DNA from: Mobula hypostoma
Taxonomy: Eukaryota
NCBI RefSeq assembly: GCF_963921235.1
Contig: NC_086098.1
Span: forward strand, 236,778,001 to 236,842,000
Direction of reading: 5' to 3'
DNA: 64,000 nt
Within the stretch, counting starts at the first letter, position 1; each line of letters starts with the position of its first letter. A model generated the notes under the pieces. It worked only from the letters and a program-made list of their open reading frames with translations, was not told the DNA's origin and did no database searches. The position numbers and the translations under genes are program-made. Positions 25,021-40,000 of the stretch are shown piece by piece.

Positions 25021-28000
25021 AGCTTTTTAAATTCCTAGCCTTGTCTATATTTTTCTCACTTTTATACCCCTCCCCACCTTTTCCTTGGGATCTCGTTCTG
25101 CCGTCAGCTGCATTGCACCAAATGCGCACCCCGTTGCGGAACAACCATGAACCCTGCCGCCCGCATTTCCTTTCCAGTCCTGTTTATTCCCCTCCATAGA
25201 TGCTACCTGACCTGCTGAGTTCCTCCAGCATTTTGGTGTAGGTTGTTTTGAAAAATCTGGGATCTTCCTGTGTAATCTCTCCTGCGCTCTCTGTGTGTGA
25301 CAGAGAGGGAGACCCGTTCCTGTGTGTGTGTGAGAGAGACAGACTGCGATCCGTGAGTGTGTGTATGGGGAACGGGTCAGTTTCAATCCAGGGGGTGCAA
25401 AATTCACTGCTTTCATTGCCTGTCCTCTCTCCCTCCCCCAGATCAGCCCCGGGTGAAGTTTGAATCACCGGCTAGGTCCTCGGTGGGATATCACGATGAG
25501 AAGTCGGACACTCTATACCTTGGATCCACGGGAAGCGTGTACCTCCTGCAGTTCACCGACGCTGATGTCTCCCAGACTCCGGTACTTAGTGCCGCCCCGC
25601 CGCTTGGTAGTCGCCGTCTGGCAACTGTCTAGGGATTTGGTTGGCGCAGGCAAGATCGGGTTTTGTAGTGGAGCCGTGAGAGAACCGATCAGGCTAAAGG
25701 TCTCTTGTAAGAGTGGGATCCTCTCGCTGTGCGTTCCCATCTTCCCGAGACAGCAGGAGTTTTTAACTGGAAAATGAGAAGGGGAAGAGGGAGTAGAAGA
25801 GGGAACCATTAAAGGGGAGAGGGGGAGGAGTTGAGAGAAAGTTGTGGCAGGAAGGAAAAGTGGGAAGGATGCAAATAGAAAGGGCCAGATAGGTGAGAAT
25901 GGAGGAGATGGCAGAGGCTGAGGAGAGGAGGATGAAGAAAAAGGAAAACGGTATACAAAATTATGAGGGGCGTAGAGAGGATGAATGCTTGCAGGCTTTC
26001 CCTCCTCAGGTTGGGTGAGACGAGAAGTAGAGGTCATAGGTTAAGGGTGAAAAGTGAAATATTTAGGGGGAACCTCTTCACTCAGGGACTGTGAGTATGG
26101 TGGATCCAGGTTCATTTTCAATATTTAAGAGAAGTTTGCATGCATGGGAGGGCTATGAAAGGCTATGGTCCAGGTACAGGTAGATGGGAATAGGCAGAAG
26201 GCCAAACCAACATGGCCTAGATGGCCTGAAGGCCATGTTTCTTTTCTGTGCTATAATTCTATAATAACTGAATTATTTCAAGTGAATGTTGTTCTGTCAG
26301 ATCCCCCTGTCGCTGGATGACAACACCAGAAAGAAGTGCCAGAGCAAAGTGTCAGCAAGTCAGGTAAGGACAAGCTGTGGTATCAGCACGTACCAGCTGG
26401 AACTAGACTTGAGTATCTGCAGATGGTTCCATTCTGTCAAAATGTGTCGAGAGTTAATGCCGTATGTTACCGTCTCAGGTCTCTCCTCTGTACCCAACAC
26501 TGAACACAGCTGATAACCAGTTACTGATGAGATCACCATGGCATAGCTACTGTTGACATTGATTGATTTGTACATGTACATTTGTACAGCCTACAATGTT
26601 GTGCCAACCCTTTAATCTACTCCAAGATCCCTGCCACATAGCCCTCCACTTTTCTTTCATCCATATGCCTATCTAAGAATCTCTTAAATACCCCAAATGT
26701 ATCTGCCTCACCCCGGCATTGCTTTCCACGCACCCACCACTGTGTAAAAAAAAACTTGCCTTTGGCATCCCCTATACTTTCATCCAAACATTTTAAGATT
26801 ATAAGACCATAAAATATAGGAGCAAATATATGGTCCACCCCGGGAAAAAGCCTCTGGCTACCCACCCAATCTATGCCTCCCATCATCTTGTACACCCTTT
26901 ATCAAGTCACCTCTCATCCCCCTTCATTCCAAAGAGAAAAGCCCTAACTTGCTCAAGCTACCCTTGTAATACATGCTCTCTAATCTGGGCAGCATCCTGG
27001 TAAATCTCATATGCATCATCTCCATATCCTTCCTATAATGAGGCAACCAGAACTGAGCACAGTACTTCAAGTATGATCCAACCAGGGTTTTATAGAGCGG
27101 CAACATTACCTCATAGCTCCTGAACTCAATCCCCTGACTAATGAAGACCAAAACAACATATGACTTCTTAACCACCCAATCTACTTGCATGGCACTGTGG
27201 ACCCCAAGATCCCTCTGTTCCTCCACACTGCTAAGATTCCCACCATTAACATTGTATCTGCCTTCAAGTTAGACTACCAAAGTATATCATTTGGATTCAA
27301 TGGCCCTAGCCTGTCCCAAAGAAACCATCACAGACTGGCTTTGCTGTGCGGACTTGTGTGTGAAGTCAGCCTGATACAGGGGACATGATGATGATGTTCA
27401 AATATACCCACGTAGAATCCACAGCACGCAAACACAACATTATACTGGCAAATGGGACAGGCTCATGGACTGGAAACAGCTTAGAGCTGAGTAGACCAAA
27501 TGCAGGCAAATAGGACTAGGTCAGGTATGCAACTTGGTTAACATGGACAGGTTGGGCCAAAGGGCTTGTTTCCCAGCTGTAAAACTCTGTAACTGTAAAT
27601 TAAGCACCCCAGCCACATCTCACTGCCCCAACTGAGACTTCCTCCACTATTTCATCCACACCAGAGCCACAAAAGGGAATCTGTGTCAAAACTGTGGGAG
27701 ACCTTAAACCAGAGGTGAAGGACCATAAGACATAGGAGCAGAATTAAGCTATTTGGCCCATTGAGTTTGCTCTGCCACTCAATCATGGCTGATTTATTAT
27801 CCCTCTCAACCCCATTCTCCTGCATTCTCTCTATAACTTTTGATACCCTTACTAATCAAGAACATATTAACCTCCACTTAAAATATACCCAATGACTTGG
27901 CCTCCACATCTGTGGCAATGGAAATCCACAAATTCACTACCCTCTGGCTAATGAAGTTCCTCATCTCTGTTCTAAATGGATATCCCTCTATTCTGAAGCT

Positions 28001-31000
28001 GTGCCCCTCTAGTGCAGGACTCCCCCCATTATAGAAAACGTCCTCTCCATATCCACTATCTAGGCCTTTCAATATTTGATAGGTTTCAATGAGGTCCCCC
28101 TACCCGTCATTTTTCAAAACTCCACTGAGCATAGGCCCTGAGCCATCAAGTGTTCCTCCATACATTAACCTTTTCATTCCCATAATAATTCTCATAGATC
28201 TCCTCTGGACCCTCTCCAATTACTGCACATCATTTCTTAGATTAGGGGCCCAAAACTCCTTACATTACTCCAAGTGTAGTCTGACCAATAGCTTATAAAG
28301 CTTCAGCATTACATCCTTGCTCTTGTATTCTAGTCCTCTTGAAGTGAATGCTAAGATTGCATTTGCACTCCTTAAAACTGGCTCAACCCCCAAGTTAACC
28401 TTTAGGGAATCCTGCATGAAGACTTCCAAGTCTCTTTGCAATTCTAAGTTTTGAATTTTCTCCCCATTTAGAAAATAATCTACACCTTTATTCCTTCTAC
28501 CGAAATGTATCACCATACAATTCCCTACACTATTTTCCATCTTCCACTTCTTTGCCCATTCCCCCAATACATCTGCCATTCTGCAGACTCCCTGCATCCT
28601 CAACACTACCTACCCCTCCACCTGTGTTTGTATCGTCTGCATACTTGGTCGCCAAGCCAAGTAGGTGTAGGAGAGAGTTACCCGACTCACTGACGGCAGA
28701 GATGCTGCTTACAACTCTTCATTACAGAACAAGGGACAGAAATTAACAAGTAAAAATGTTACAGCATGCCATCCGAGTAACATGTTTGTCCTTTACTTGT
28801 CTTGTACTATGAAGATCACAGGCAAGGCCATCTGCAGTTGCCTTTGAACCACGTAGCTTGCTGCTTCATCAAAACTATACTGTTCTATGTTCTAAAAGAC
28901 AATTCCAGGCCTAGTAAGCCACTGTGGATCTAGAGTCATGCAGTATAGGGACTGATGGCAGATCTCATCAAGCAGCACAGAACAGGCCTTTCAGCCCATG
29001 TTGTCTTGTCAAGCACACCAAATTAAGTTAATTTCTTCTGCTTACACATGGTCCATATCCCTCTGTTCACGAGCCAATCTGAAAGCCCTTTGAACGCTGA
29101 AGTCAAAGTCGAATTTACTGTCGCATGCAAAAGTCCATGTATGCATAGGTGCAATGCAATGCAGCTGCACCATTCTCACGTCTGCCACCACCACCAACCC
29201 TAGCAGCACACTCCAGACACCCACCTGTGTAAAGAAAACATGCCCGGCACATTCTTTTTACTTTCACCCCTCTCACCTTAAAGCTGTGCCCTCCAGTATT
29301 CAAAACTTAGAACAGTACAGCATAGTACAGGCCCTTCCCTCCCGCATAGCTGACCATTTTTTTTCATCCACGTGCCTATCTAAGATTCTTCTTAACGTCC
29401 CTAATGTAACTGCCTGTACCTCTACCCTGGCTGCTTGTACCACATACTCACCATTCTGTCTTTAAAAAAAAACTACCTCTGATAGCTCCCACCGCCCTTC
29501 CCTCCAATCACCTTAAAATTATGCTCCCTTGTATTAGCCATAATAATACAAGGGGACATAATTTTTCTGCTCAACCTTTTCTCATAAGACATGCTCTCTA
29601 ATCCATGCAGCAAAAACTCCTCTGCACCCTCTCTAAAGCTTCCACATTCTTCTCATTAAAAACTACTGAAGGGGTCTCCCTCTCCCCCTATTTGTGACAT
29701 TTACTGGGAGTTTGTCTATGAAGGGCTGAAGCATTGTTGATGATCCCTACCATCCATCCCACAGTCTTTGACCCACTACGATCTGAAAGGCGTTACAGGA
29801 GCATCAGGACTTGGACTGCCAGAAATGGTGCTGGTTTCTCCCCTCAGGCAGTGAGACTAATGAACACCCTGCCACCACGAAGGTTTCGTACCTTGGACAG
29901 CAAGTTGTTTACTGTACTGTTTACCTGTGCTGCGCACTTTGAATATATTTTATTAACTAACTTTTGGTAATTTACTACAACTAGAGGTCATTGGTTAGTG
30001 TGAAAGGTGAAATGTTTAATTGGAACATGAGAGGAAAATTCCTCACTCAGAGGGTGGTGAAAGTGTGGAGTAAGCTGCCAGTGGAAGTGTGGATTTGATT
30101 TTGATTTCCACATTTCAGAGAAGTTTGGATAGGTACATAGATGGTAGGGGAATGGAGAGCTATGGTTCAAGTACGGTTGGGACCTCTTCAGGGGCAGGTG
30201 TGACCTGTACAAAAAGGACAGGTTGTACTTGAATCCAAGGGGGACCAATATCCTGGTCGGAAGGTTTGCAAAAGTTATTGGGGAGGGTTTAAACTAGAAT
30301 TGCTGGGGGGTGGGAACCGAACTGAAGTGACAGAGGAAAGGGAGGTTGGCTCACAAAAATGAAAGTTTGGAAACAGTGCGAAAGGGAGGATAGGCAGGTG
30401 ATAGAGAAGGGACATGCTCAGTCCAATGGTTTGAGATGTGTCTATTTTAATGCAAGGAATATCATGAATAAAGCAGATGAGCTTAGAGCGTGGATCAGCA
30501 CTTGGATCTAAGATGTGGCCATTACAGAGACTTGGATGGTGCAGAGGCAGGAATGGCTACTTCAAGTGCCAGGCTTTAGATGTTTCAGAAAGGATAGTGA
30601 GGGAGGCAAAAGAGGTGGGGGCGTGGCACTGTTGATCAGAGATAGTGCCTAGGCTGCATAAAACGAGGAAGTCATGGAGGGGTTGTCTACAGAGTCTCTA
30701 TGGGTGGAAGTTAGGAATACGAAGGAGTCAATAACTCTACTGGGTGTTTTTTATAGACCACCCAATAGTAACAGGGACACTGAAGAGCAGATAGGGAGAC
30801 AGATTCTGGAAAGGAGTAATAATAACAGGGTTGTTGTGGTGGGAGATTTTAATTTCCCAAATATTGATTGGCATCTCACTGGAGTGAGGGGTTTAGATGG
30901 GGTGGAGTTTGTTAGGTGTGTTCAGGATGGCTTCTTGACACAATATGTAGATAAGCCTACAAGAGGAGAGGCTGCACTTGATCTGGTATTGGGAAATGAA

Positions 31001-34000
31001 CCTGGTCAGGTGTCAGGTCTCTCAGTGGGAAAGCATTTTGGAGATAGTGGTCACAATTCTATCTCCTTTATCATAGCATTGGAGACAGATAGGAACAGAC
31101 AAGTTAGGGAAACGTTTAATTGGAGTAAGGGGAACTATGAGGCTATCAGGCAGGAACTTGGAAGCATAAATTGTAAACAGATGTTCTCAGGGAAACGTAC
31201 AGAAGATATGTGGCAAATCTTCAGGGAATATTTGCGTGGGGTTCTGAGTAGGTACGTTCCAATGTGACATGGAAAGGATGGTAGGGTACAAGATCCGTAG
31301 TGCACAAAGGCTGTTGTAAGTCTAGTCAAGAAGAAAAGAAGAGCTTACAAAATGTTCAAAAAGCGAGGTAATGATATGAATCTAGAAGATTATAAGGCTA
31401 GCAGGAAAGAGCTTGAGAATGAAATTAGAAGAGCCAGAAGGGGCCATGAGGCAGCCTTGGCGGACAGGATTAAGGAAAACCCCAAGGCATTCTACAAGTA
31501 TGTGAAGAGCAAAAGGATAAAACATGAGAGAATAGGTTCAATCAAGTGTGACAATGGAAAAGTGTGTATGGAACAGGAGGAAATAGTGGAGGTACTTCAT
31601 AAATACTTTGCTTCAGTATTCATTATGGGAAAAGGATCTTGGCAATTGTTGGGATGACTTACAGTGGACCAAAAAGCTTGAGAATGTAGATATTAAGAAA
31701 GAAGATGTGCTAGAGCTTTTGGAAAGCATCAAGTTGGAAAAGTCACCAGGACCAGATGGGATGTACCCCAGGCTACTGTGGAAGCGAGGGAGGAGATTGC
31801 TGAGCCTCTGGCAATGATCTTTGCAACATCAATGAGGACGGAAGAGGTTTCAGAGGATTGGAGGGTTACGGATGTTGTTCCCTTATTCAAGAAAGGGAGT
31901 AGGGATAGCTCAAGAAATTATAGGCCAGTGAGACTTACTGCAGTGGTTGGTAAGTTGATGGAGAAGATCCTGAGAGGAAGGATTTATGAACATTTAGAGA
32001 GGCACAATATGATCAGGAATAGTCAGCATGGCTTTGTCAAAGGCAGGTCGTGCCTTACGACCCTGATTGAATTTTTTGAAAATGTGACTATGCACATTGA
32101 TGAAGGTAGAGCCGTAGATGTAATGTAGATGGATTTCAGCAAGGCATTTGATAAGGTACCCCATGCAAGGCTTATTGAGAAAGTAAGGAGGCATGGGATC
32201 CAGGAGGACTTTGCTTTGTGGATCCAAAACTGGCTTACCCACAGAAGGCAAAGAGTGGTTGTAGACGGATCATATTCTGCATGGAGGCCGGTGACCAGTG
32301 GTGTGCCTCAGGGATCTGTTCTGGAACCTGTACTCTTTGTGATTGTTATAAGTGACCTGGATGAGGAAGTGGAGGGATGGGTTAGTAAATTTGCTGATGA
32401 CACAAAGGTTGGAGGTGTTGTGGATAGTGTGGAGGGCTATCAGAGGTCACAACAGGACATTGATAGGATGCAAAACTGGGCTGAGAAGTGGCTGATGGAG
32501 TTCAACCCAGATAAGTGTGAGGTGGTTCATTTTGGTAGGTCAAATATGATGGCAGAATATAGTATTAATGGTAAGACTCTTGGCAGTGTGGAGGATCAGA
32601 GAGATCTTGGGGTCCGAGTCCATAGGACACTCAAAGCTGCTATGCAGGTTGATTCTGTGGTTAAGAAGGCATATGGTGCGTTGGCCTTCATTAATCGTGG
32701 GATTGAGTTTAAGAGCCAAGAGGTAATGTTGCAGCTGTATAGGACCCTGGTCCACTTGGAGTACTGTGCTTAGTTCTGGTCGTCTCTTCATAGGAAGTAC
32801 GTGGAAACCATAGAAAGGCTGCAGAGGAGATTTGCAAGGATGTTGCTTGGATTGGGGAGCATGCCTTATGAGAATAGGTTGAGTGAACTTGGCCTTTTCT
32901 CCTTGGAGCAACGGAGGATGAGAGGTGACTTGATTGAGGTGTACAAGATAATGAGAGGCATTGGTCGTGTGGATAGTCAGAGGCTAACATGAGAGGGCAT
33001 AGTTTTAAGGTGCTTGGAAGTAAATACAGAGCAGATGTCAGGGGTAAGTTTTTTTACGCAGAGAGTGGTGAGTGTGTGGAACGGGCTGCCAGCGGCGGTG
33101 GTGAAGATGGAAATGATAGGGTCTCTTAAGAGACTCCTGGATGGTTACATGGAGCTCAGTAAAATAGGGGGCTATTTTAGAGCCTAGGTAGTTCTAAGGT
33201 AGGGACATGTTCGGCACAGATTTGTGGACCAAAGGGCCTGTATTGTGCTGTATGGTATCTGTGTTTCTATGTCAATGAGACTAGGCAGTTTAAATGGTTT
33301 AGCACAGACTAGTTGGGTCGGAGGACCTGTTTCTGTGTTGTAAAGTTCTATTACTCTATATTTTGTTTTATATGCTTTCTGTGATATATGTTTTGTGGGT
33401 GTACCATTGTCCAGAGCACTGTTGTTTCATTTGGTTTTATATGTGTACAGTCAAATGACAATAAATTTTATCTTATAATGAACTGAACATTTCTACCCTC
33501 GGAAAAACATTCTAGCTGAATACATTTATCCATACCCCTCATAATTTCATAAACTTTTGTCCCCTCAGACACTGTTGCTGTAAAGAAATCTAACCAAATT
33601 TGTCCAACCTGTCCTGAATGCCCCTCAATCCAGGCAACAATGTTGTACATCTCTTCTGAACCCTCTTCAAATTCTATACATCATTCATATAATGGGGTGA
33701 CCAGAAATGCATGCAGTACCCCAAATCAACCAATTCAAAGTTTTATACAACTACAACATGATTTCTTGCCTCTTCTGCTCAATGTTCCTAGAGAAGAAGG
33801 CACAGGGCATACTTCAACTTTCCTTTACTGAAGGGAATTAGTGAACCAAAGATCTTGGTTTAAAAGCAATCTAGTTCACTGTTTTTTCCACTGGTATATT
33901 GCAGATTTGTTTCATGAACTGATTTGTCCAGCTGCTGTGCTGGGATTCAAACCTGGATGATCAATCATCTAGTTACAGAAGCATTATGCAAGTGTAAATG

Positions 34001-37000
34001 GTGTTGGTACTGGGGGTAGATCTGGTTTCCATATCATAAAAATAAATTTCTAGAAAAGGCAGAAATCACATTTTCAGAATGGTGCCAGAATGAAAGGTTG
34101 TATCAGGATGAAGGGTCTCAGCCCAAAATGTTCACTGTTTATGCCCCTCCTTAAATGCTGACTGATCTGCTGAGTTCCTCCAGCATTTTGTATGTCTTGC
34201 TGCACATCCTGTATATTGGTGAGATCCAACCTAGATTGGGAGACCACTTCGCTGAGATCTCCCATTTCAATTCTACTTCCCATTCCCATTCTGACAAGTC
34301 AGTCCATGGCCTCCTCCACTGCCACGATGAGGCCACACTCAGATTGGAGGAGCAGCACCTTGTATTCCATCTGGGTAGCTTCCAGGCTGATAGCATGAAC
34401 ATCAATTTCTTGAACTTCTGATAATTGCCCCCCTTCACCATTCCCCATTCCTGTTTCCCTTTCTGATCTTAACTCCTTACCTGACTATCTCTGGTGCTCT
34501 TTTCTCCTTCCCTGTTCCCTTTCCTCCATGGTCTTCTATCCTCTTCTATCAGATTCCCCCTTCTCCAGCCCTTTATCTCTTTCACTAATCAATTTCCCAG
34601 CTCCTTACTTCACTCCCCCCCCCCTTCCCGGTTTCACCTGTAACCTACCACCTTGTACTTCTTTCTCCGCTCCCCCACCTACTTACTCTGACTTCTCATC
34701 TTTCTTTCCAGTCCTAATGAAGGGTCTCAACTTGAAGTGTTGATGGTTTACTCTTTTCCATAGATGATCCAGATACAGAAGCATTATGCAAGTGTAAATG
34801 GTGTTGGTACTGGGGGTAGCTCTTGTTTCCATATTACAAAAATAAATTTCCAGAAAACGCAGAAATCACATTTTCAGAATGGTGCCAGAATGAAAGGTTG
34901 TATCAAGATGAAGGGCCTCAGCCCAAAATGTTGACTGTTTATGCCCCTTAAATGCTGACTGACCTGCTGAGTTCCTCCAGCATTTTGTATGTCTTGCTAC
35001 ACATCAGCACACGTCCAACATGATATCCACTGTGCCACAAAGCCCATAAAATTTACTTTTCTATTACAGGAGCTCTGTGAGAACGTGATCACTGTGATTC
35101 AGAGGGTCAACAAAACAACAATCATCATCTGCGGGACTTATGCTGGAAGCCCCAAGTGCTGGTTTTTGGTAAAAAAAAATACATGTTTAATCAGAATTAA
35201 CAGTTAAATGTGCAGATTTATAATCAATCCACACACCAGGTCTGCCCAGCTTCAAGCTGCTTCTCTCCATCTCTATTTTGCAGCCCAACAACAGGACTCA
35301 GCTAGCAAGTGACAAAGAGGGGCGCCAGATAATAGTGCAGGACGGGAGGGACATCACACCTTCGGTGCCAAGACAACGTCCTATTACCATCACAGTCGGT
35401 GAGCTTGGGGATTTTAAACTTTCCTAATGTAGAATGGAACTTCCATAGTGCAGGGATTTAGATAGGAATTTGTTAAGAGTGTTCAAGTAAGTTTCTTTTG
35501 GTAATATGCAGAGGGCTCTTCCAGGGAGAGGACAAAGTCAAGACTTCTTGGCAAAAAGGACAGTTCAAGTGTGAGCTGTATTTTAAATTAGTTATGGAAA
35601 AAGACAGATCTTCTCAAATTAAAGTTCTAAATTTGGTCAAAGTATTTTGTCCATTTGTTCCAGATTCCAACATCTGCAATCTCTTGTGCCTCCATAGTTT
35701 ATAAGGACTTCAGTAAAGCCCTTGATGAGGTTCTGAAGGGTGGGCTAGTTAGGTATGGAAAGTTAGATTGCATAAGATCCAGAGAGAGCTGACTAATTGG
35801 ATACTGAATTGGCTTGGAGGTAGGAAACACAGGGTGATGGTGGGGATTGTTATTGATACAGGAGGTCTGTTTCTCAGGATGGTGCTAGGTCCATTACTAT
35901 TTGTCATCTACATCAATGAGAATGTACAAGGCATGGTCAGTAATTTTCAGGACATTAAAATAGGTGCTGAGTAGACAGTGAGGAGAACTGTTAAAAATTG
36001 TAGCACAATCTTGATAGCAGGGTATGTGGGCCAAGGAATAGCAAATGTAGTTTAGACCACAAGCCATAGGGGCACAATTTGGCCCTTTAGCCCATTAGTT
36101 TCCTCTACCATCAATTACGACTGAATTATTTTTCTTCTGCCTTCTCCCCCCACACTTTACAGGAAGGATGTGGAGGTTCTGGAGAGGGTGAAAAAGCGAT
36201 TCATCAGGATGTTGCCTGGATTAGAGTGTATAAGCTTTGAGGAAAGATTGGATAAACATGGATTGTTTTCTCTGAAGCATCAGAGCCTGACAGGAAACCT
36301 GATAGAAGTGTATAAAACTGTGAGGCATGGACTCTTTTCCCCAGACTGGAGAAGATTCTTGGCCCGAAACGTTTACTGTTTACTCTTTTCCATATATGTT
36401 GCCTGGCCTTTTGAGTTCCTCCAGCATTTTGTGTGTGTCACCAAATGATACATTTTAGGGAGGATAAATCAGGATAGGACCATCACAGTGAACAGTAGTG
36501 TCATGGGGAGTGCTGAGCAAATGAGGGACCCAAGAGTACAACTATACATTTTTTTTAAGGTGCCATCACATGGACAGGTAGTGAAGAAAGCTTTTGGCAT
36601 GTTGGCCTTTATCAGTCAAGCTTGGGATGTTGCAGCTGTGCGAGATGTTGATAGATATATTTTTGCATTGCAGGGGAATTAAAGGCAAGTAGGTGGATCT
36701 GAGGCCACAGCCAAATTAGTCGTAATCTTATTGAATGGTGGAGCAGGGTCAATGGGCCAAGTGGCTGACTCCTGTTCCTATTTATGTTCTGTTCTTGTGA
36801 AACTGGGTGTCAGGCTGCTTTGTAGGCATCGGAAACGCATGAAATGACACAGCAGCTAAACCCTGTGGAGTGCTGGGGAAAGTGATCGTGTGGGGCTGGT
36901 GAATATCAACCATCTGCATTCAAGAGACTCCAGCACCATAGCTAGGCTGGCTCACTTGAGGCAGTACAGCTATGCAGATGGGTGGTGTCACAGTTCTGGA

Positions 37001-40000
37001 GAGGACTGGACTTGTTTCGAGGAACAGGGTTGAAGAAGCTCTGCATTGTTGGAGCTCCGATGTTTAGGACCAGAGTTAAACTGAGGCCCTAACATTGAGC
37101 TGGGTAGGGTTTGAGCAGTGTCTTGTCATGCATACTCAATTCCTGGTGGATACTTTGGGATTGTGACACCAGGAGAAACAGCTGTTGCGGAACAGAGACC
37201 TCACAGTGGGATTTCATTGTCCATGTGAGTCCATGGGAAGGCAGTGTTATTGAAATGCAAATGTTCAGTTTCTCCAGCACTTGAACACAGAGCATTGCAG
37301 CACAATAGAGGCTCTTCAGCCCACAATGTTGTACCGACCTTTTATTTTACTCCAAGATCAATTTAATCCTTCCCTTCTACATAGCCCTCCTCCCCACCAT
37401 TTTTCTTGTGTTCCTGTCCTTAAGAGTCTCTTAAAATTCCCCAATGTATCTACCTCTACTACCACCCAGTGTATTATTCTGTGTGGGGGAAAAAAAACTT
37501 ACCTCTGACATCACCTTTTACTTTCCTTCAGTCATCTTAAAATTACGTCTCCTCATATTAGCCATTACTGCCCTGGGAAGAAGTTTTGGCTGCCCATTCT
37601 ATCTAAGCCTCTTATTACCATATACATCTCTATCAAGTCACTTATCTTCCTTCTCTCCAAAGAGAAAACCCTAACTCGCTCAACCAAGATTGACTGAACA
37701 CACCGGTCAACAATTTTTTTTCAATAAGTGTTGTTTCCTCAGAAGTCTTTTTTGTTTATGATAGACCAATTGAAGTTGAACACAAATATAATTTCAGACA
37801 ACTTGTAATACAGAGGAATTTGGAGGAAGAAAAAATTAACTTTTATTAAATATGATGCATTTAATTGCATAATGGTGCTGATGCTTTGCAATACTTCAAC
37901 TAAACTAAAAATGTTTTGTTGATGATTTTCGTTTGCACTCGGTGTCTGAGGCTTTTTGCTTAGGTGTCGAAGAATGATCAGCCAGCATTAATGGAAGCCA
38001 GTTGCCCTGACACCAGTTCTCCATGACGGCAATGACCTTTCACCATGGTCATCACTGACAGCAATAAGATTTGCAGGGAAGAAGTCTAAATGGGAATGCA
38101 GAAAATGAATCTTTAATGAGATGTTGCACTTCACAGTTTTGTATGCTTGAAGCATGTTAAAAAACCAGCTGCACATAGCTTGGTGCTCTGTAGTTGCCAA
38201 GAAAATTTTCAGCAACATCCTTGACTGCCTTCTATGCGATTTTTCTCTGGTTCCACCAGAATTTCTTCAATCTGTCAGTCATTGATGATCTGCTTGATTT
38301 GTGGACCACCAAAATTTCCTTCCTTAATCTTGGTATTAGTTATTCTGATTTGAATTATCAATTGAAATAACAAATATTGGCAATTTAAAAATGGTGCGTG
38401 ATAGGGAAATTTCACAGTGATTTGCATTATCAGCAGTCCAAAATCCATAAGGTACACCAAAAGTATTACCTAGAACATAGAAATTTATAGCACATTACAG
38501 GCTCTTCGGCCCACAATGTTGTGCCGACTATGGTAACCTACTCTAGAAACTGCCTAGAATTACCCTACCGCATAGCCCTCTATTTTTCTAAACTCCAATT
38601 ACCTACCTAAGAGGCTCTTAAAAGACCCTATAGTATCTGCTACCACCACTGCCGCCAGTGCATTCCACACACCCATCACTCTGTGTGGAAACCTCACCCC
38701 TCGGTATCCATTTCCAAGTACCTTAAAACTATGCCCCCTTGTGTTAGCCATTTCAGCCCTGGGAAAAAGCCTCTGGCTATCTACACCAGGGATCCCCAAC
38801 CTTTTTTGCACTGCGGACCGGTTTAATATTGACACTATTCTTGCCGACCGGCCAACCGGTGGGGGGGGGGGTGTTCAAAGAGGGTTAAACTCACCTCAGC
38901 ATGTCTTTTACAGTTAGGGTTGCCAACTTTCTCACTCTTAAATAAGGGACAAAAGTAGCAGTCAAATCCCAGGACACTTTACCCCAGGACAGACTACCAT
39001 GACCATGAAGCCTTGCACGGGCACCTGTGTGCGCATGTAATGTGCACATGAGTGTACATGCTGTTTTTTTTCCCCCACAAATCCGTTTTGCCTTCATCTT
39101 CCCAACTATACTGTACATACATTATTTCTACTTTATATAGGTCATGTATTTATCATATCATTCCTGCATTTACTATATGTTAGCGTTATTTATTTTCGGT
39201 TTTATGTGTTATTTGGTACAATTTGTTAGGTTATTTTTTGGGTCTTGGAACGCTCAAAAATTTTTCCCATATAAATTAATGGTAATTGCTTCTTCGCTTC
39301 ACGCCATTTCGGCATAAAAGGTTTCATAGGAATGCTCTACCTTAGCGGGGGAAATACGGGATAAACCAATTTAGCCCAATATACGGGACAGTTGGCAACC
39401 CTATGTTCAAGTTCAACAGTGCATGACAGGGAATGAGGAAAGGTGCAGCTGACTCATATCGTTTCCTCACAGCCCAGTAGCACACACCTTGCGGCCCGGG
39501 GGTTGGGGACCGCTGATCTACACGATCAATGCCCCTCATCATCTTGTACACCTCAGTCAGGTCACCTCTCATCCTCCATCACTCCAAGGAGAAAAGGCGA
39601 AGTACACTCAACCGATTGTCATAGGTACACTCTCCAATCCAGGCAACATCTTTGCAAATCTCCTCTGCACTCTATTTTATTCAGGAAACAAAATTTTTGT
39701 TGTCCAGTGATATCAGCAGAGATCCATCCAGATTCAGCACAGTTACTCAGTCGTGTCTCATTCCTCTTTTGGCTCTAGGTGAAGACCTGTACTCAGCCAT
39801 TAGCAGCACGAGCCAGAACAGTGGTTCCATTCAGCGCAGTTACGGGTGGATGAAACACCTGAAGTCTGAGGACAAATGGTTCCAGAGTAAGTAGTGTTCA
39901 GCTGCTCAGAGAAGCCACACCGATGAGGTAACTTCCCCACACAAGGACTGACTCACCACAGAGGTGGTAGCAGTTCTAGTTCAACATCCAGGCTCTCCTA

